64,000 nucleotides of DNA from Octopus sinensis (Eukaryota), in assembly GCF_006345805.1 (NCBI RefSeq), contig NC_043011.1:51720464-51784463 (forward strand), written 5' to 3'. This document shows positions 60,142 to 64,000 of this stretch, in pieces. The notes under the pieces were generated by a model, which was not told the origin of the DNA, did not search any database, and worked only from the letters and a program-made list of their open reading frames with translations. Numbering within the stretch: the stretch's first letter is position 1; every line of letters starts with the position of its first letter. Both the position numbers and the translations under genes were made by a program.

Positions 60142-62354
60142 AATCTCCCTTGTACTATTAATAAGTGGTTTCAACCAAATAGGCAAAAGTTGGTATAAAT
60201 AAATGAATTGTCTATAATTCCAATGTATAAGCATGAGATAGTAAAGTGAGTTCTTCCATCTTTAACCCTGCATATAATAGTAGATGTAATTGCATTACAA
60301 AAACAAAAATAAGAAAAGAGAAAAAGGCAAACCCATGAGTCCAATCCTTACAACCAAGAATTGTGTGGTGATCCTTGACAAGATAACTTACAACAATTTC
60401 TTTAATTTACCACAAAGGAATCAGTTACCTTTCTGCTTTTCATGTTTAAATGGTTCGTGATAAGAAGAGCTTTGAGCTGCAAAATCCCACAGCCTTCCCT
60501 AATTCGTATGCAAACATCCAAACATGGGTAATTACCAATATAAGAAATCATCCTATGGAAAAAGAACAGGCAGATTGGCAAGATCAATGGAGTGAGGAAT
60601 AAAATGCCATGCAATTTTTACCTTTCATCCTTCCATGGTTGGTCTTAATAGAGTGTTTTTTCACACCTCATTCCACCAAATTATGTGATCTTGTGCCTAT
60701 GTTAGAAAACAGTAGCCAATGGTAGAGAGAGAGAAAGAGTGCGTGTAAGGCACAATAGTAAATGGCTTTATGGGTTCAAACCTAATGAGGGTCCACTTTG
60801 CCATTCAAAGTATCAAACTTATCCCTACAAATATTTACTTTTCTACAAATGTAAAAAATTAACTCATAAACATGCCAAACTGCTGTCCCCAAAATTTCAC
60901 TCTAGATTATTCTTCCTTCCTTTCTCAAGACCTGACAGTACCACAAGCATGCCATTATAACATATGGTATATCTCGGACATCAAAGCCTGACATAGCCTA
61001 ACCCTCTCCAAGTTTGAACACATCTAATTTTTTCCAGAGAGAAGGGGAGAAAGTGAGAAAGAAGAAGAATCAGCCCTAATATTGGAATGGTTCTTTATTG
61101 ACCTTGGAAGGTTAAAGTTGACCTAGATGGGACTGGAACTCAGAGTTCATGAAACTAGAAAACAAGACAGTTTTATGCTGTAATGACTCAGCCTTCTATT
61201 CTAAATTATCTATTGCAACCAATATAGCAACCACAGTAGCATCTAATCTGCATGCATGTGCAACTGTGCAGTGGCTGTCACATGTCCATGTAAGTAACTC
61301 AGACCCTCACTCACTCCCAATTTCACAACACTAATGAAGTGGTTGTTTTTTTTCTTTTTATTTTTGTCATATCAACACTGAATGAAGTAGAGTAGTTGTG
61401 AGTGTGTGGATTTTTTAAAAGCTGACAAATATAGAATATCTTAATAGGATTATAATTTTTCTGGCTATTGACTGTGTCATTAAATATTAATAATTTTAGT
61501 CATTACATGTGTACTATGTTTTCACAGGTTACTGATACAGATATATTCATCAGTGGCCTAGTGGAGAAGAAAGTCATCACTCTTCATATAAAAATAAAGG
61601 TTCTTTGTACACAACCAAGAACAAGACATTTGATGATGCGTTTGGACATCTGACTGCAAACAAATGAGGATGTAAAATAAAAAGTAAAAGACTATTTTAT
61701 GTCTAAGAATGAGTTTTATAGATTTAAAAATGATAACCTTATTAACAACATCACATCTCGGACATCTAGACATTTAGTAAAATATATTATTTAGTCCCTA
61801 CCCACCAAATTATTCTATAGTTTGATCCTGTGTTTTCTGGTCCAATTCAACTGCTGTACATCTTCATCCTTTGCTTAAAGAGGAGCATTAAATAAAAACC
61901 AGAATCCAAAGAAGCTAGTGAAGGTCTCTGTCAACAAAAGTTCACAAATTTGGAATATTACTTCAAAAATTTGTAGTATCAAAGAAGGGATTTGCTTGAA
62001 ATCTCACCACAGTACGTGATGAGCTTATCCAAATTTGTAAACTTTATCATTGGTAATATGTAGTAATAAGAATCACAAAGACACTGTTTGAAAAGATACA
62101 AATAGTCTAGTTAGCAGAGATTCAAAGTTAGTCAGACACCTTTATTCTGAGATGGAGCCCTAAATGCAAGGTGTTGTTCTACTGTGGTCACAGTCATTTC
62201 ATCATTTCATAGTGCTTGAGTAAAATAACACACATCACTGAAATAAAATACAGATCTAATAGAAATATTAAATTACCTAGCACACTTTTACTTCATTCCT
62301 TTATTTTGTTGTAGGAATGTAAATGACATACTTAGGAAGAAATTTACTTGTTAT

Positions 62355-62500
62355 GTCCTCAGTTAATGTTCTTAGCATCAACAATAAATCTCTCATCTAT
62401 ATTCTGCTAAAACATTTACACGCACACATACACACACACTCTCACAGACATACACATTTATATAATATACATGGACATTATGTGTCTACATGTGCATGTA

Positions 62501-62532
<32 letters not shown>

Positions 62533-62690
62533 CATACACACACACACACATATATACATATACACATACATATATATATTAATATATATACTATATATAT
62601 ATATATATATATATACATAGACACACACGCACACAAAGGTGTATGTATGCATACACATGCACATACATACATTAAAAGGTAAGGAAGGTG
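62355..62690. repeat. (CA)n/(TA)n/(TG)n compound microsatellite field
   Basis: Directly visible. Source of the HT/YI/CV-repeat ORFs. Confidence 0.9.
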
Positions 62691-64000
62691 TGTGAGAGAA
62701 AGGAGAGAGAAGGAGAAAGAGAGGTGGGTGTGGAATGATTTAGTATAATGTCAATGCTGACAATGTTAGGTGGTAAATTATTGGAATAGCATTATCTAAG
62801 GAAGAATTGGTAAATTGAAATAATTCAATTTCTACTCGAAAAACTAAAGGACTAAGTAAAAGCTATAATAAGAGGAAATAACCTCAGATAATGGCTTATG
62901 GCTGCAAATCTCAAAAGTCCATCTTCTCTTCAGTTCTATCTGCAATATATACATTGGCAACATCTGAAAGATGACTGGCTGACATTTCGATGATAATAAT
63001 AACCCTGTGATGCAGATGAGAGATTCGTCAAATCAGTAGAACCGAAAGAGATAATAGACAATTATAGTGGCCAGATTTGGCTGAAAGATTATGCTTAGCA
63101 AAACTGTATCAATGAGCAGATGAAAAAGGGTCAGTCAGCAGACCATGCTCTGATGATACGAGCAGAGCAGAGTTTTCCTCCACTCCCTCGCCCACTGTCA
63201 ACCCACAATAGTTCAATAGTTGATGGTGTTTCTGTTGTTGCTGTTGTTGGTTCTACTGTTGCTGACCTTCTCCTCCCTTACTCCGTTCCCCATCACCACC
63301 ACCCCTGCTACTACTGCAACATCTTGCAATATAAAGCCTGAAGGGACAAAAGAAGATGAGAGCTGTTAATCATGTCTGTATCACACACATACGCACAAGC
63401 TGGTCACAAATCAATGGTGCACTATACAAAGGCAGCTACAATGGCCGTTATATTAATGAATAGCGAGATTTCAACAACTAAAAAGACATGAACAATAAGG
63501 TTAGCTCTCACATCTTTTTGACTGGATTCAGTCATCATAAAATATAAATAAACATTTTCTTCGACGAATGGATTTATGTGAATGTGTATGGGTAAGTATG
63601 AGTGGGTGAGTGGGAATTTCCATTTCTTTAAAACTGATTCAATATATTTTTTCTCTCATTTCTTTTTGCATTTGATGTTGGAACCTTAGTGAAGTGGAAT
63701 AAATATTTCTGTGAACATTTAGAAGAGAATTCCAACAGCCACACACCAGCCATCAAATCAAGCCAGCATAAAAAGGTATCTTACCCAAGGTGTCTTACCA
63801 CACAACTTATGAAGTAATACTCTTGTGATAAGCAGCCCAGCATGGAGGCCTCATTGGTTAGTGCTGATGTAACAAGAAAGTTTTATAGGTTTTATATGGG
63901 ATTAGAGGGCATGAATGACTGGACAGGGATGTCAGGACTATCAAACAAAGCTGTCACTGGTTCACATATTATCATCATCACAGCAATGTATTTATAGACA

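Noticed and set aside
61528-61599. 72-nt in-frame exon after TTTTCACAG
   Set aside because: The donor is weak (GTTCTT) and the peptide VTDTDIFISGLVEKKVITLHIKIK matches nothing I recognise.

Overview
AT-rich (roughly one-third GC by eye), microsatellite-saturated animal DNA. I could not identify any host protein-coding exon, so this is probably a gene desert or a very large intron. The recurring tRNA-headed SINE families, the (GAT)n-tailed RTE-like repeats and the density of (TA)n/(CA)n/(CAT)n/(TAA)n tracts point to an octopus (coleoid cephalopod) genome; this is recognition from memory, not a database result. Most of the ORF track is microsatellite noise. The real coding remnants are all decayed transposons: a mariner transposase (13.8-14.7 kb), a Helitron RepHel interrupted by SINEs (about 21.7-26.8 kb, plus a second helicase piece at 27.3-28.1 kb), an L1/Tx1 C-terminus (29.3 kb), an RTE fragment (34.3 kb), the 5' half of a LINE with a CCCH-finger ORF1 and an APE start (36-37.9 kb), and a CR1-like RT end (59.2-59.7 kb). 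The best candidate for an under-described system is a set of non-coding, hammerhead-ribozyme-bearing retroelements. (i) A 568-bp element (34905-35472) has 85-bp terminal direct repeats (period 483 bp) and a fully foldable type I hammerhead with a U4C core variant, resembling a retrozyme or Penelope-dependent element copied from a circular RNA. (ii) A tRNA-headed SINE (40388-40692) carries a decayed hammerhead in its 3' half and has a fold-back 5' junction. (iii) Penelope-like terminal remnants carry decayed minimal hammerheads (47.4 kb, 35.6 kb). Several long near-perfect palindromes or foldbacks (13.6, 42.3-43.0, 43.2-43.4 kb) also stand out. Ribozyme activity and novelty are untested inferences.
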